From sequence record SRR22947727_1359: 64,000 bases of DNA; one strand, given 5' to 3'. The notes under the pieces are model-generated. The model was not told the origin of the DNA and did not search any database. It saw only the letters and a list, made by a program, of their open reading frames with translations. The position numbers were made by a program, and so were the translations under genes. Position 1 is the first letter of the stretch, and every line of letters begins with the position of its first letter. Below, one piece after another: positions 41,477-51,628 of this stretch.

Positions 41477-42213
41477 TCGAGCGTATCCAAAACGGAATCT
41501 AGATACAATTTCATCTTTGGCTCAATTTTCTCAAAACCCACAACGGACCGCGGCTGCCCCAGAGCCTGGCGCATCGCGTTGTGCATGAGATAACGGCCGG
41601 TAACGACATTCATGTGAATTTTATCGCGGTAGAGTTCAGCGACATCTGAAATCGGAGCTTTTCCCGCTTCAGCGTCGGCGGCGACTTTCGCCAGCAAATC
41701 CATCGCCCACGTTCGACGAATATCGCGAGCAGGATGATTTTTTTTCAGCAACACAATGAGCGCATCGATATAGGCGAGACTATGTTTCATCGCTCCACCA
41801 GCCTCCGTGCTGGCCCATTCTTCACCACGCTCAGCCGATCTTGCCCAGCCGGTGTGAATGACAAAAATGGCCTTAGACTGAAGCTCCATCCACTCGGAAA
41901 TCACCACAGCATCCTGCTCCAGCGTCGAACCATAATGCGATTGAACAGATACAAAATCATATTGCTTTGCTTTTAAAGCACCCGGCCAAAACGTTGAAGT
42001 CTTCACACAAGGATCGGCTGGATTCTCGAACAAAAACGGGAGGCTTTTTCCGCAGCCCACATGCCATTGAACATCGCCATCAAGTTTTGATGGAACGGTG
42101 TCCCACGTCAGGGAATTTCCAATGAGATAGAATTTCTTTGACGAATCATCCTGCGAATTGGCAACTGCGAACATTCCAAAAATGCCGAGAATGGAAAAGA
42201 AAACGTGTTTCAT
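41455..42213 (-). CDS. Secreted hypothetical protein, SGNH-hydrolase-like
   Basis: Signal peptide, IGNSLT block I, D.IH block V. Confidence 0.6.
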   Translation of the reverse strand: MKHVFFSILGIFGMFAVANSQDDSSKKFYLIGNSLTWDTVPSKLDGDVQWHVGCGKSLPFLFENPADPCVKTSTFWPGALKAKQYDFVSVQSHYGSTLEQDAVVISEWMELQSKAIFVIHTGWARSAERGEEWASTEAGGAMKHSLAYIDALIVLLKKNHPARDIRRTWAMDLLAKVAADAEAGKAPISDVAELYRDKIHMNVVTGRYLMHNAMRQALGQPRSVVGFEKIEPKMKLYLDSVLDTLDQNGGSE

Positions 42214-42314
42214 GGCCTCAGCCTAACGGCGGCAAAAATATTCCGCAATCGCCCGAATCAGTCCCCTGAAAAGTGCGAATTGAAAAAAGCCTTCGATTCC
42301 GGTATACCTCAGAT

Positions 42315-43988
42315 ATGCTTCAAAACATTCTGACACTCACTTCCATTTTGGGAGTTTTTGCTTCTGCATTCGCAGAGGAAAAGCGCTTGCCGGCCGATGA
42401 ACATTTTGAAGTCGAAACGGTAGCTACTGGATTGGTTGATGCGATGGAAATTGCACCAACGAATGATGGTCGGGTATTCATCGTCGAGAGAACTGGCAGC
42501 GTGAAATTATTCGATCCCAAAGACGGTTCGACGAAAACGATCGCAACCATTGAAGTGGAGGTTCGTAACGATTCTCATGCACGCGAGGCAGGTCTTCTCG
42601 GCATCACACTCGATCCAGAATTCGATTACAACCAATGGCTGTATTTGTTCTACTCGGCGCCTGAAAAACCGGTTCAGCGGCTTGCAAAATTTACGTTTAA
42701 AAATGAAAAGCTCGCGAACGAAACTCTGATTCTTGAGTTCGAACACGACCGCGAAAATGCAGTCTGCCATGAAGGTGGGTCACTCACATTCGGACCAAAC
42801 GGAAACCTGTTTCTTTCGACCGGCGATAACACCTGCCCGTTTAAATCAAATGGCTCAGCTCCGATTGATGAACGCCAGGGGCATCACGAATTTGACGCGC
42901 AGCGTTCAGCTGGGAACACCAACGATTTGCGCGGAAAAATTCTCCGCGTTCGCCCAAAACCCGAAGGTGGATATGACATTCCTGACGGCAACCTTTTCGC
43001 CGAAGGAACTCCAAACACGCGTCCGGAAATCTACGCGATGGGCTGTCGCAATCCGTTCCGAATGTCAGTCGATTCTGCGACTGGATTTGTTTACTGGGGC
43101 GAAGTTGGCCCGGACGCAGGCGATGACACGGATCGAGGCTCAAGCGGGTTTGATGAGATCAATCAGGCTAAAAAAGCAGGTAATTTTGGCTGGCCGTATT
43201 TTGTCGCCGACAACAAAGCCTACACCGATTTTAATTTCAAAAACAATAGGCTTGGTTCTCCTTTCAGCTGGGAAAAACCGCTCAACAATTCCCCCAACAG
43301 CACAGGGCTGAAATCACTTCCTGCGGCAACCAAACCGCTCTGGTTTTACCCGCGAGCCTCGGCCTGCGCTGGACCGGTTTATCATGTGGAAAACTTCCCA
43401 CAAAACCCGGGTCGACTGCCTGCTGAACTCGACAATTGCCTGCTTGTTTACGATTGGACGAGTGCTTGGATTCGCGCTATCAAGCTTGATGAACAGGGTG
43501 GAATCGTCTGGAACGAACCGTGGCTCTCCCGTCACCTTTTTGTGCATCCGGTGGACATGGAGACCGGCGCGCAGGGCGAGATTTACCTGCTCGAATATGG
43601 TTCCGGCTGGTACGACAGCGCGGATGGGACATTAAAGAAAATCACCTATTCGGAGACGCCGATTTCGATCGACTTGTCGGCGGCCGATCCTCGAATGAAA
43701 GGGCTCGATTTGGATCATCCCGGCTCAAAAATGATCGCGAAAACCACTTGTCTCGCTTGTCATATGACCGAGCAAAAGTCGATCGGACCGACTTATCAAG
43801 ACGTTGCCAAAAAATACCGCAAGGATCCCGAAGCTCGAGATCGACTCGCTCAAAAAATCCTCTCAGGCGGTATGGGAGCGTGGGGCGAAGTTCCAATGCC
43901 ACCGCATCCGCAGCATAATATCGAGGAGACCCAGCAAATGATCGACGCGATCTTATCGATCAATGCGGGAGGCGAGAAAGCGGAGTAG
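42315..43988 (+). CDS. PQQ-dependent sugar dehydrogenase (GSDH) family fused to c-type cytochrome
   Basis: GLLGITLDP, HEGG, STGDN, LRGKILR, PEIYAMGCRNPFR, GNFGWP; C-terminal CLACH..IGP..MPP. Confidence 0.88.
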   Translation: MLQNILTLTSILGVFASAFAEEKRLPADEHFEVETVATGLVDAMEIAPTNDGRVFIVERTGSVKLFDPKDGSTKTIATIEVEVRNDSHAREAGLLGITLDPEFDYNQWLYLFYSAPEKPVQRLAKFTFKNEKLANETLILEFEHDRENAVCHEGGSLTFGPNGNLFLSTGDNTCPFKSNGSAPIDERQGHHEFDAQRSAGNTNDLRGKILRVRPKPEGGYDIPDGNLFAEGTPNTRPEIYAMGCRNPFRMSVDSATGFVYWGEVGPDAGDDTDRGSSGFDEINQAKKAGNFGWPYFVADNKAYTDFNFKNNRLGSPFSWEKPLNNSPNSTGLKSLPAATKPLWFYPRASACAGPVYHVENFPQNPGRLPAELDNCLLVYDWTSAWIRAIKLDEQGGIVWNEPWLSRHLFVHPVDMETGAQGEIYLLEYGSGWYDSADGTLKKITYSETPISIDLSAADPRMKGLDLDHPGSKMIAKTTCLACHMTEQKSIGPTYQDVAKKYRKDPEARDRLAQKILSGGMGAWGEVPMPPHPQHNIEETQQMIDAILSINAGGEKAE

Positions 43989-45415
43989 ATTCGCTTTTTG
44001 AAGACGGTTTTGACTTCGTCGCCCGAACCCCTTCGCGGCGTTTTTTACGACGCCGGCTGATGCGTTTCAGCATTTTTAGGGTCTTCGGATCGCTAGCCCA
44101 TTCCGACATTAAGCTCTGGGAATTTTTCAGTGCTTCGCCGTGATTCCCATCGGAAAGTGCAACCAAATCAGCCTGCTTCAGACCTGTAGCCTGACACATT
44201 TTCTCAAATGACGTCAGATATGATTCTTGGAGCCACAAACTATGTGCCTTCAACATCCCGCGGTCCATTTCGATGAGATTTTCAAAATGATCTCCCAACT
44301 GCTCGGCGGTTAATTCGAACGGCACGGCAGAATGCTCCCACAAACGGCAGTATGATTTAATTTTCGTAAAATTCACCGCCAGATTAATCCGCGGAATTCC
44401 CGCCGACATCGCCACAATTCGTCCATGTAGGCTTGTACCGATACACATCTGAGATTCGCTGATCAGCGACGAAATATCCCAAATATTTCGAAACGGGAAA
44501 AACATGGCGCCATTTTCGGGGAAAGAATTCGCCCGCTTTGCCAACTCAACAACGTCATCATGACCAGTGGCCGTTCCGGCAGCAAAAAACACCACTCCGA
44601 GATTCATTCGAGCGCATTTTTCAGCGATCGATTTGATCAGCGGTTTGAAGGTCTTTTTACGATACCCGCTTACCTGAACCGAAATCCAACCTTTCGGAAA
44701 ACGCTCTTTCACAGCTGCCATCGCAGACCCGGTTTCGTTTTTCGCCCAAACTTTGCGACAAACTCGTGGGAGCATCGTCACCCCGCACGGCATTCGTTCT
44801 ACGCTTAGCCCTTCTTTTTCTAAAAAATCGGCTCCAGTCGAATCCCGAACGCCCAGAAAATCAGCTTCTCCCAAAACCCGCAGGAGCTCTGATTTTCGAA
44901 CTTCATCGAGTGTTTCCGGCTCGGAAAGTCCAACCGCGTGAAACGCAGATTTCTGCATTTTTGCAACGGGTTTTCGCATCAATAACGTAAGCCGTATGCC
45001 CCTTAAAACCGGTCTGTTCCCCGGCAAATTCTCTTGCTGCCATCGGATCATCTTGCATCATCCGAACCATCTCCTCACGCTCCGCACCAGTCGTGGTCAT
45101 TGAGTATCCGTAGGCCAAATCACAACCGAGTGTCGCCCCACCAAAATGAATCACCGTCGGCGCGCTTTTTTGGGTTCGAAATGCAGTCTCACACGAAAGC
45201 ACACGGTGCCCACCATCGTCCCGCAAGTCGACATCAATAAGTCCCACACAACTACTCGCCGCCTGTTTTTGTATCAGTTGCTGGATGACATGAGGCATCA
45301 GCATGTCACCAAAATTGTGCCGCTCGCACGCCCCAACGAGGTAAATCGAAAGGTTCGAATCACCGCCAAGAACCGAAGACAAGAATTCAGAGTACGGCGG
45401 CAAATGATGCTGCAT
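43960..45415 (-). pseudogene. Polysaccharide pyruvyl transferase family protein, frameshifted at ~44960
   Basis: HNFGD and GGATL in ORF 44903-45415; AVG, GVRD, GTSLHGRIVAMSAGIP in ORF 43960-45051. Confidence 0.75.
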
Positions 45416-45535
45416 GGAACTTTGGATCTCGATCGACTATGCCGAAGGAAAATTTTGGAGAGAATTCACATAGCTAAGATGGCTATAAATTTAATAAAAA
45501 TAAAAAATTAATTAATCCGAATTAAATTGTTTTTC

Positions 45536-46078
45536 TCAAGTCGTTGCACGAAATTTTTTCTTCATTCGAACGATCGAATCTTCATTGGTGTATTCAGCCA
45601 ATTGATCCAAAGACACCCATGCCAAATCGTGAGATTCTTCTGAAATCGCGTATCGCCCATCCCCCGAATGCTGGAGCGCAAATCGCACGTCATAGTGGAA
45701 ATGGGCCGGATCCTCTTTCCGTGCGGGAATTTCGTGAATATCCAGATCAAAGATCGCGTCCGAAATTGCCTCGATCGGCTTCAAACCCGTCTCTTCATCC
45801 GCTTCTTTCAATGCGACACCAAGAATGTCGGTTTCGCCATCTGCATGTCCACCCGGCTGAACCCAGATATTCAATTTCCGATGATGCGTCAGCAAAACGG
45901 CATCCCCCGCGGCATTCACAACCCAGGCGGAACCTGTCAGATGCCCAATTTGCAGTGAGCGCTCGAAGCAATCAGGATGGGCTGAAACAAAATAGCGGAA
46001 CCGATCAACAACATCAGATTCTTCAGGATGCCGACCTTCGTATTCAGCAAGGAGTTTTAAAAACGGCTCTCGGTGCAT
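45536..46078 (-). CDS. NUDIX hydrolase
   Basis: GHLTGSAW, HHRKL.WVQPGGHADGE, ALKEADEETG, HYDVRF. Confidence 0.9.
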   Translation of the reverse strand: MHREPFLKLLAEYEGRHPEESDVVDRFRYFVSAHPDCFERSLQIGHLTGSAWVVNAAGDAVLLTHHRKLNIWVQPGGHADGETDILGVALKEADEETGLKPIEAISDAIFDLDIHEIPARKEDPAHFHYDVRFALQHSGDGRYAISEESHDLAWVSLDQLAEYTNEDSIVRMKKKFRATT

Positions 46079-46091
46079 TTTCGTTTTTGAA

Positions 46092-46134
46092 CGATCAAAC
46101 AGGGTCTGATCGATGAATGGATAGGGTTGGATCG
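46092..46134. repeat. REP-like repeat (43-bp, tandem-orientation doublet)
   Basis: CGATCAAACAGGGTCTGATCG-A-TGAATGGATAGGGTTGGATCG. Confidence 0.75.
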
Positions 46135-46151
46135 AAAAACGCGAAATGAAA

Positions 46152-47228
46152 TCACGCGCGATTTTCGTCGGCCATTTTCTGGGCAATCATCGACAGTTCA
46201 GCCGCTTTAAAAATATGATCCTGCGTCATCGCTGTCTCCGTTCCGTTCAGCAAATCGAGGATCATTTCGCCGAAAAACGGGAAGCCGGTTGTGCCATCAC
46301 AATCGATTTCCTGCTCGCCTTCATCATTGACTAAGAACAACTTATTCCCAGGCTCCTGACGAGCGAGAGCGATGTATTTCCGGATTTCCATGGTGCCTTT
46401 AGTTCCGACCACAAAAACGCGTCCGTCACCCCAGACCCGGAGTCCGTCCGGCGTCAGCCAATCGATTCGGCAATAGCACGATGCTCCTGTGCTCATGGTC
46501 AGCGAGGTTTCTCCGAAATCTTCGAGGCCGGGTTTATCAGGAGCGGTGAAATTTTCGACCCGCGCAAAATTGACGGTTGCGTCAGTCGCACCGGCGAACT
46601 CCAAAAACTGCTCAAACTGGTGGCTGCCAATATCAGTCAAAATACCGCCGTAGCTTTTTTTATCGAAAAACCAATCCGGCCGCGCGTCCTTCGACATCCG
46701 GTGTGGCGCGAGATTTTGAACCTGCAAAACATTTCCGATTGCTCCCGCTTTGATCAGTTCCGTTGCCTTCATCGACGACTCATTGTGAAGCCGTTCCGAA
46801 TAATAGACCATGTAGCGCTTGCCGGATTCAGCGACTGCTTTGCGCGCATCCTCGAGCTGCTCAAGCGTCGTAAACGGCGATTTATCCGTGAAATAATGTT
46901 TCCCCGCATTCAAAACCCGAACGCCGAGCGGACCGCGATCACAAGGGATTGAGGCTGACGTGACACAGATTGTTTCATCATCTTCCAAAATTTGCTCGAT
47001 TGACTCCGCACGCTTCGCATCAGCATAGCGTTCGCAAAAATCGTCCATCTTTGCTGAATCCGCGTCGTAAACATATTTCAACGTTCCTCCGGCATCAATC
47101 AGGCCATTGGTTTGTCCAAAAATGTGGCCATGGTCGAGGCCGGTGACTGAAAACACAAACTCGCCCGGACCAACAACCGGCGGCAAGGTTTTTGAACTGG
47201 GAGCATAATCATATCCGGTTTTTGCCAT
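46152..47228 (-). CDS. Gfo/Idh/MocA family oxidoreductase
   Basis: GLDHGHI, DKSP, YSER, GGILTDIGSHQ. Confidence 0.9.
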   Translation of the reverse strand: MAKTGYDYAPSSKTLPPVVGPGEFVFSVTGLDHGHIFGQTNGLIDAGGTLKYVYDADSAKMDDFCERYADAKRAESIEQILEDDETICVTSASIPCDRGPLGVRVLNAGKHYFTDKSPFTTLEQLEDARKAVAESGKRYMVYYSERLHNESSMKATELIKAGAIGNVLQVQNLAPHRMSKDARPDWFFDKKSYGGILTDIGSHQFEQFLEFAGATDATVNFARVENFTAPDKPGLEDFGETSLTMSTGASCYCRIDWLTPDGLRVWGDGRVFVVGTKGTMEIRKYIALARQEPGNKLFLVNDEGEQEIDCDGTTGFPFFGEMILDLLNGTETAMTQDHIFKAAELSMIAQKMADENRA

Positions 47229-47294
47229 GCTTCGGCGATAAACTGAAACCGCCTAAAATGCAAATTCGACGCGATTTTTCAAAATGACGATCTT

Positions 47295-47337
47295 CAGCCG
47301 AATAAGGATGATTCGTCGAACCGACCCTATTTAATCG
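47295..47337. repeat. REP-like palindromic repeat (degenerate doublet)
   Basis: ...GATTCGTCGAACCGACCCTATTTAATCG. Confidence 0.6.
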
Positions 47338-47383
47338 CAAAATCAGCCATTGAACTAAACCAAGGTTCGTGGCAAAACATGGC

Positions 47384-48328
47384 ATGTTTCGCATTCTCAC
47401 AAACCTGTTTCCACTTTGGATTCTAATCTGCTCTGGCATCGCGCTTTTTGAGCCGGAGGCATTTACGTGGTTTTTGCCCTATATTATCCCCGCGCTCGGC
47501 GTGATCATGCTCGGAATGGGGATGACCCTGACACTGGCAGATTTCAAAGGCGTCCTAAAAATGCCTCGTGCGGTCGGGGTCGGGGTGCTTTGCCAGTTCA
47601 CTATCATGCCGCTGTGCGGATTTTCGATTGCTCATTTTCTGGGACTTTTTGAAATCGACAAACACCTCGCACTCGGGCTCATTTTGGTCTCCTGCTGCCC
47701 CGGCGGAACGGCATCCAACGTGGTCGCCTATCTCGCCCGAGCCAACGTCGCGCTCTCCGTTTCGATGACGATTATTTCGACCTTCGCAGCGATTTTACTG
47801 ACACCTCTCATGACGAAATGGCTCGTCGGGGAGGCGGTTCCGGTGCCGTTCTTAAAAATGCTATGGACGACAACCAAAGTCGTTCTATTCCCCGTCTCGC
47901 TGGGGATTTTACTGAACTACTTCGCCCCAAAATTCACGAAGAAAGCATCTGCAGTTTCACCGTTTGTTTCGGTTGTGGCAATCGTTCTCATCGTTGCTGC
48001 CATCATCGGAAAGAACAATGAAGCCATTCTCGGAAACGGCTGGAAAATCCTCGCGGCCCCTGCCCTCCTGCACCTTGCGGCATTTACTCTGGGCTACGTC
48101 ATCGCAAAACTCGTGCGCCTTCCCGAAGATGCTTGTCGCACCATCTCGATCGAAGTCGGCATGCAAAACTCCGGCCTGGGTTCAGCTCTCGCCATCAAAC
48201 ACTTTCCCGTAACCATGGCAGCAGTCCCTTGTGCCATCAGCGCGGCCTATCATTGCATTATTGGAAGCATCCTAGCGGGATTTTGGCGAATGCGCCCACC
48301 GAAAAATACAACTGATCCGCCCGCTTAA
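47384..48328 (+). CDS. Bile acid:sodium symporter family protein
   Basis: MLGMGMTL, QFTIMP, CPGGTASNV, EVGMQNSGL. Confidence 0.93.
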   Translation: MFRILTNLFPLWILICSGIALFEPEAFTWFLPYIIPALGVIMLGMGMTLTLADFKGVLKMPRAVGVGVLCQFTIMPLCGFSIAHFLGLFEIDKHLALGLILVSCCPGGTASNVVAYLARANVALSVSMTIISTFAAILLTPLMTKWLVGEAVPVPFLKMLWTTTKVVLFPVSLGILLNYFAPKFTKKASAVSPFVSVVAIVLIVAAIIGKNNEAILGNGWKILAAPALLHLAAFTLGYVIAKLVRLPEDACRTISIEVGMQNSGLGSALAIKHFPVTMAAVPCAISAAYHCIIGSILAGFWRMRPPKNTTDPPA

Positions 48329-48342
48329 TCGTATTTCCCATT

Positions 48343-49026
48343 GTGAATTCGAATTCCACAGAACCCGTTCTCCGAGTCAGCAACCTGACCAAGGCATACG
48401 GTGATCGCACCGTTCTCAGTGACGTGTCTTTCTCGCTTGCGGCTGGTGAACGAGTTGGCTTGATGGGGACATCCGGTTCAGGGAAAAGCACCTTGCTGAA
48501 TTGCCTTGGAGGAATCGACAAACCGGACTCGGGATCGATCGAGATTACGGGAAATTTCATTCAGGAAAAAACAGCGGATGAATTGTGCAAAATTAGACGC
48601 GAAACAGTGTCGACGATTTTTCAATTTTTCCATCTGCTTCCGACACTTTCCGCGAGGGAAAACATCGAGCTACCGCTCGAGCTCATCGGCATCCACATCG
48701 ACGAACGAAATGAGCGCGTCCAGAATCTACTCGAAGAAATTCAACTGACACATCGCGCTGATGCGACGCCTGATGAGCTTTCCGGCGGGGAAATGCAACG
48801 AGTCGCGATTGCCCGCGCCTTAGCTCCGCGGCCAAAATTGATTCTCGCCGATGAGCCGACTGGGAATCTCGATTCGAAAACGGGCGAGTCCATTCTGGAT
48901 TTGTTAGAGGCTCTCAGCCAAAAGCATGACACCGCAATGCTCCTCGTAACGCACAGCAAAGCGGCCACTCGGATCTGCAGCCGGACGCTAAAGATCCACG
49001 ACGGAGCGCTTGAAACTTCAAACTAA
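48343..49026 (+). CDS. ABC transporter ATP-binding protein (LolD/MacB type)
   Basis: GTSGSGKST, FQFFHLLP, LSGGEMQRVAIARAL, DEPTGNLD. Confidence 0.95.
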   Translation: MNSNSTEPVLRVSNLTKAYGDRTVLSDVSFSLAAGERVGLMGTSGSGKSTLLNCLGGIDKPDSGSIEITGNFIQEKTADELCKIRRETVSTIFQFFHLLPTLSARENIELPLELIGIHIDERNERVQNLLEEIQLTHRADATPDELSGGEMQRVAIARALAPRPKLILADEPTGNLDSKTGESILDLLEALSQKHDTAMLLVTHSKAATRICSRTLKIHDGALETSN

Positions 49027-51628
49027 AAACTTGAATCTATTCTCCAAAACGACCCTGCGTCACTGGAAACGGGAGCCGAAAAACACGCTGCTTCTCATTA
49101 CGGTTCTCGCCCTCGGGGTTGGGGTTTTTCTCTCGATCCGTTTGGCAAATCGCGCGGCAGTTTCTGGATTCACGTTGTTCACCGATTCCATCGCGGGAGA
49201 ATCCGATTTCATTGTCCGCGCCCCCATTGGCGATCTGCCCGTTTCCATTTTACCGGAAATTCGGGACGCGCTTGGCCCCCTGCCCGTGGGGATTCATCCA
49301 ATTATTGAAACTACCGCTGCGCGAACGGCCAAGACCGAAGCCAGCCTTTACCGCCTCGTCGGAGTCGATCTCGTTTCGCTGAACAACGCAGTTTACCTCG
49401 AAGCAAAGTCTGACCACTCAAAAACTTCCCCGCCAAGCAATCAGCCCTTCGATGTGAAACTGGGAGATTCTCGTTTGGTCTTGATCGGCGAAACAATGGC
49501 CGCCAGCGAAGGCCTGAAAGTCGGCGACGTTTTGCCCCTGATCCTTGATGACCGACGCATCGAACTCGAAATCTCCGCCATACTTCCCAACAATCCACTC
49601 CGCGCATCGATCCCCGAAAACCTGATTCTGTTTGATCTTCCCGGCTTGCAAAAATTAATCGGCAAACCCGATAAAATTTCCCGTGTGGAATTAAAAATCC
49701 CACCCGGTGAAGATCGTCAAAGAATTCTCGCCGAAACCAAAAAACGGCTTTCTGAAATCGCCGAAACTCAATTCGCAATCGATACCCCGAGCAATCGTGA
49801 ATCTTCGGCCGAACAGATGACGGCCGCGTTTCGTTTGAACCTGACCATTCTTTCGACGCTCGCACTCATCGTCGGTGTGTATCTGATATTCCAAGCCCTC
49901 GAAGCATCGGTCGTGAAACGTCGCCCCGAAATCGCAATCCTCCGATCGCTCGGAGTGGAGTCGTGGCGAATCCAGCGCGCGTGGCTGTTCGAATCGCTGA
50001 TCATCGGCATGATCGGAAGCGCTTTTGGAATTCTATTAGGCTACGGGATGGCTCAACTCGCGGTGGGTTCTATCGCGATGACGGTGAACACACTGTATTT
50101 CGAAAACACAACCACCGCAGCTCGCCTCGACTCCGGCGAAGCGCTTTTTGCGTTTCTATTCGGCCTCGGTTCCAGCCTCGTCGCTGGAGCGATTCCCGCT
50201 CGGGAAGCGGCAGCAACACCACCCTCCCAATCACTCAAAAGTGGAGTCCGTAGCATGGGACTGCCCATTCTTCGAAAGCCAATCATTGGCGTTGTTTTTG
50301 TGGTCGCAGCAATTGCGCTCAGCCAACTTCCGCCGATTCGCGGCGCGGGAGATTTACGAATCCCACTCGGCGGCTACCTCGGCGCCCTGTTTTGGCTGCT
50401 TGGATTGAGCATTCTCGCAGGACTCCTTTTCCCTACTGTCCGCAAAGTTCTCATGGGCTTTTCTTCAAAAAATGCCCCTCTTAAATACGCGGCGTCACAA
50501 TTCCGAAATCCGGGCGGCCGACATCGACTCACAGCAGCAGGGTTACTCGTCGCCGTGGGAATGGCTGCAGGCATGGCCATACTCGTAGCCAGTTTTGAAC
50601 ACACCTTGACCGGCTGGATTAAAAACCTGCTGAAAGCCGACCTCTATGTTGCAACGGCAGGCACTTCAAACATCGGCAACGAAAACCTAATTCGCGAAGA
50701 CACTTGGAAAGTAGTCGCGGCACGTCCCGAAGTTGAAGGCGTTGACATTATCCGACGCCAATTCATTCGGATCGATGGAAAAGAAACCTGGTTGGCCGGA
50801 TCCGTTTACAATCAAAACTCCGACCGACGCCTTCGCCTGATTTGGGTCGAAAAACCAACGGACCCCAATCCCGAAAACTTGAATCTCGATCTTCCTAATA
50901 AAACGATCCCTGTTTGGATTAGCGAAACGTTTGGCCGCCGATTTTCGGTGGGAATGGACGACACAATCGAACTGCCCATCCCCGATTTTGAGGTCACGGG
51001 AACGGTGAAAGGCATTTACGCCGATTATGGAAATGAACGCGGTATGGTGGTGGTTCATCGAGACCGAATCGTCACTTGGTTTGGTGATGAATCAGTGAAC
51101 AACGTCGCCGTTTATTTGAATCAAGGAACTGATCCGGAAACGGCTCGCACAGCTTTCAAAAAGGAGTTTCCTAATCTGGTGATTCGAACCAACGAAAAGC
51201 TCAGAAACGAATCGCTCACAATTTTTCATCGGACTTTCTCTGTCACCTACGCATTAGAAGCCATCGCAATTTTCGTTGCTGTGGCGGGACTGGGAATGGC
51301 CCTAGCTGGATTGTTAATCGATCGAAAATCAGAACTCACGACCTTGAAAGAAATCGGATTCACCCGTCGACAAATTGCAACGGCGACCCTGTGGGAAGGC
51401 CTCGGACTTGGAATCGTCGGCACTCTCGGCGGATTAATTTTGAGCCTCGCGCTGGGCCACCTGCTAATCTTCGTGGTTAACCGCCAGAGCTTCGGCTGGA
51501 CGTTGGATTATCAAATACCGCTAATGAGCCTCCTCAGCTTGGGAGCCCTCACGATTGCCACGTCAGGAATCGTTGCATTTTGCGTGGGTTGGTTTGGAGC
51601 AAAATTACGAAGGGAGCAGGAGGGATGA
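49010..51628 (+). CDS. ABC permease with two FtsX-like repeats (YbbP/AttFG-like)
   Basis: ALGVGV, RRPEIAILRSLG, VNRQSFGWTL. Confidence 0.9.
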   Translation: MKLQTKNLNLFSKTTLRHWKREPKNTLLLITVLALGVGVFLSIRLANRAAVSGFTLFTDSIAGESDFIVRAPIGDLPVSILPEIRDALGPLPVGIHPIIETTAARTAKTEASLYRLVGVDLVSLNNAVYLEAKSDHSKTSPPSNQPFDVKLGDSRLVLIGETMAASEGLKVGDVLPLILDDRRIELEISAILPNNPLRASIPENLILFDLPGLQKLIGKPDKISRVELKIPPGEDRQRILAETKKRLSEIAETQFAIDTPSNRESSAEQMTAAFRLNLTILSTLALIVGVYLIFQALEASVVKRRPEIAILRSLGVESWRIQRAWLFESLIIGMIGSAFGILLGYGMAQLAVGSIAMTVNTLYFENTTTAARLDSGEALFAFLFGLGSSLVAGAIPAREAAATPPSQSLKSGVRSMGLPILRKPIIGVVFVVAAIALSQLPPIRGAGDLRIPLGGYLGALFWLLGLSILAGLLFPTVRKVLMGFSSKNAPLKYAASQFRNPGGRHRLTAAGLLVAVGMAAGMAILVASFEHTLTGWIKNLLKADLYVATAGTSNIGNENLIREDTWKVVAARPEVEGVDIIRRQFIRIDGKETWLAGSVYNQNSDRRLRLIWVEKPTDPNPENLNLDLPNKTIPVWISETFGRRFSVGMDDTIELPIPDFEVTGTVKGIYADYGNERGMVVVHRDRIVTWFGDESVNNVAVYLNQGTDPETARTAFKKEFPNLVIRTNEKLRNESLTIFHRTFSVTYALEAIAIFVAVAGLGMALAGLLIDRKSELTTLKEIGFTRRQIATATLWEGLGLGIVGTLGGLILSLALGHLLIFVVNRQSFGWTLDYQIPLMSLLSLGALTIATSGIVAFCVGWFGAKLRREQEG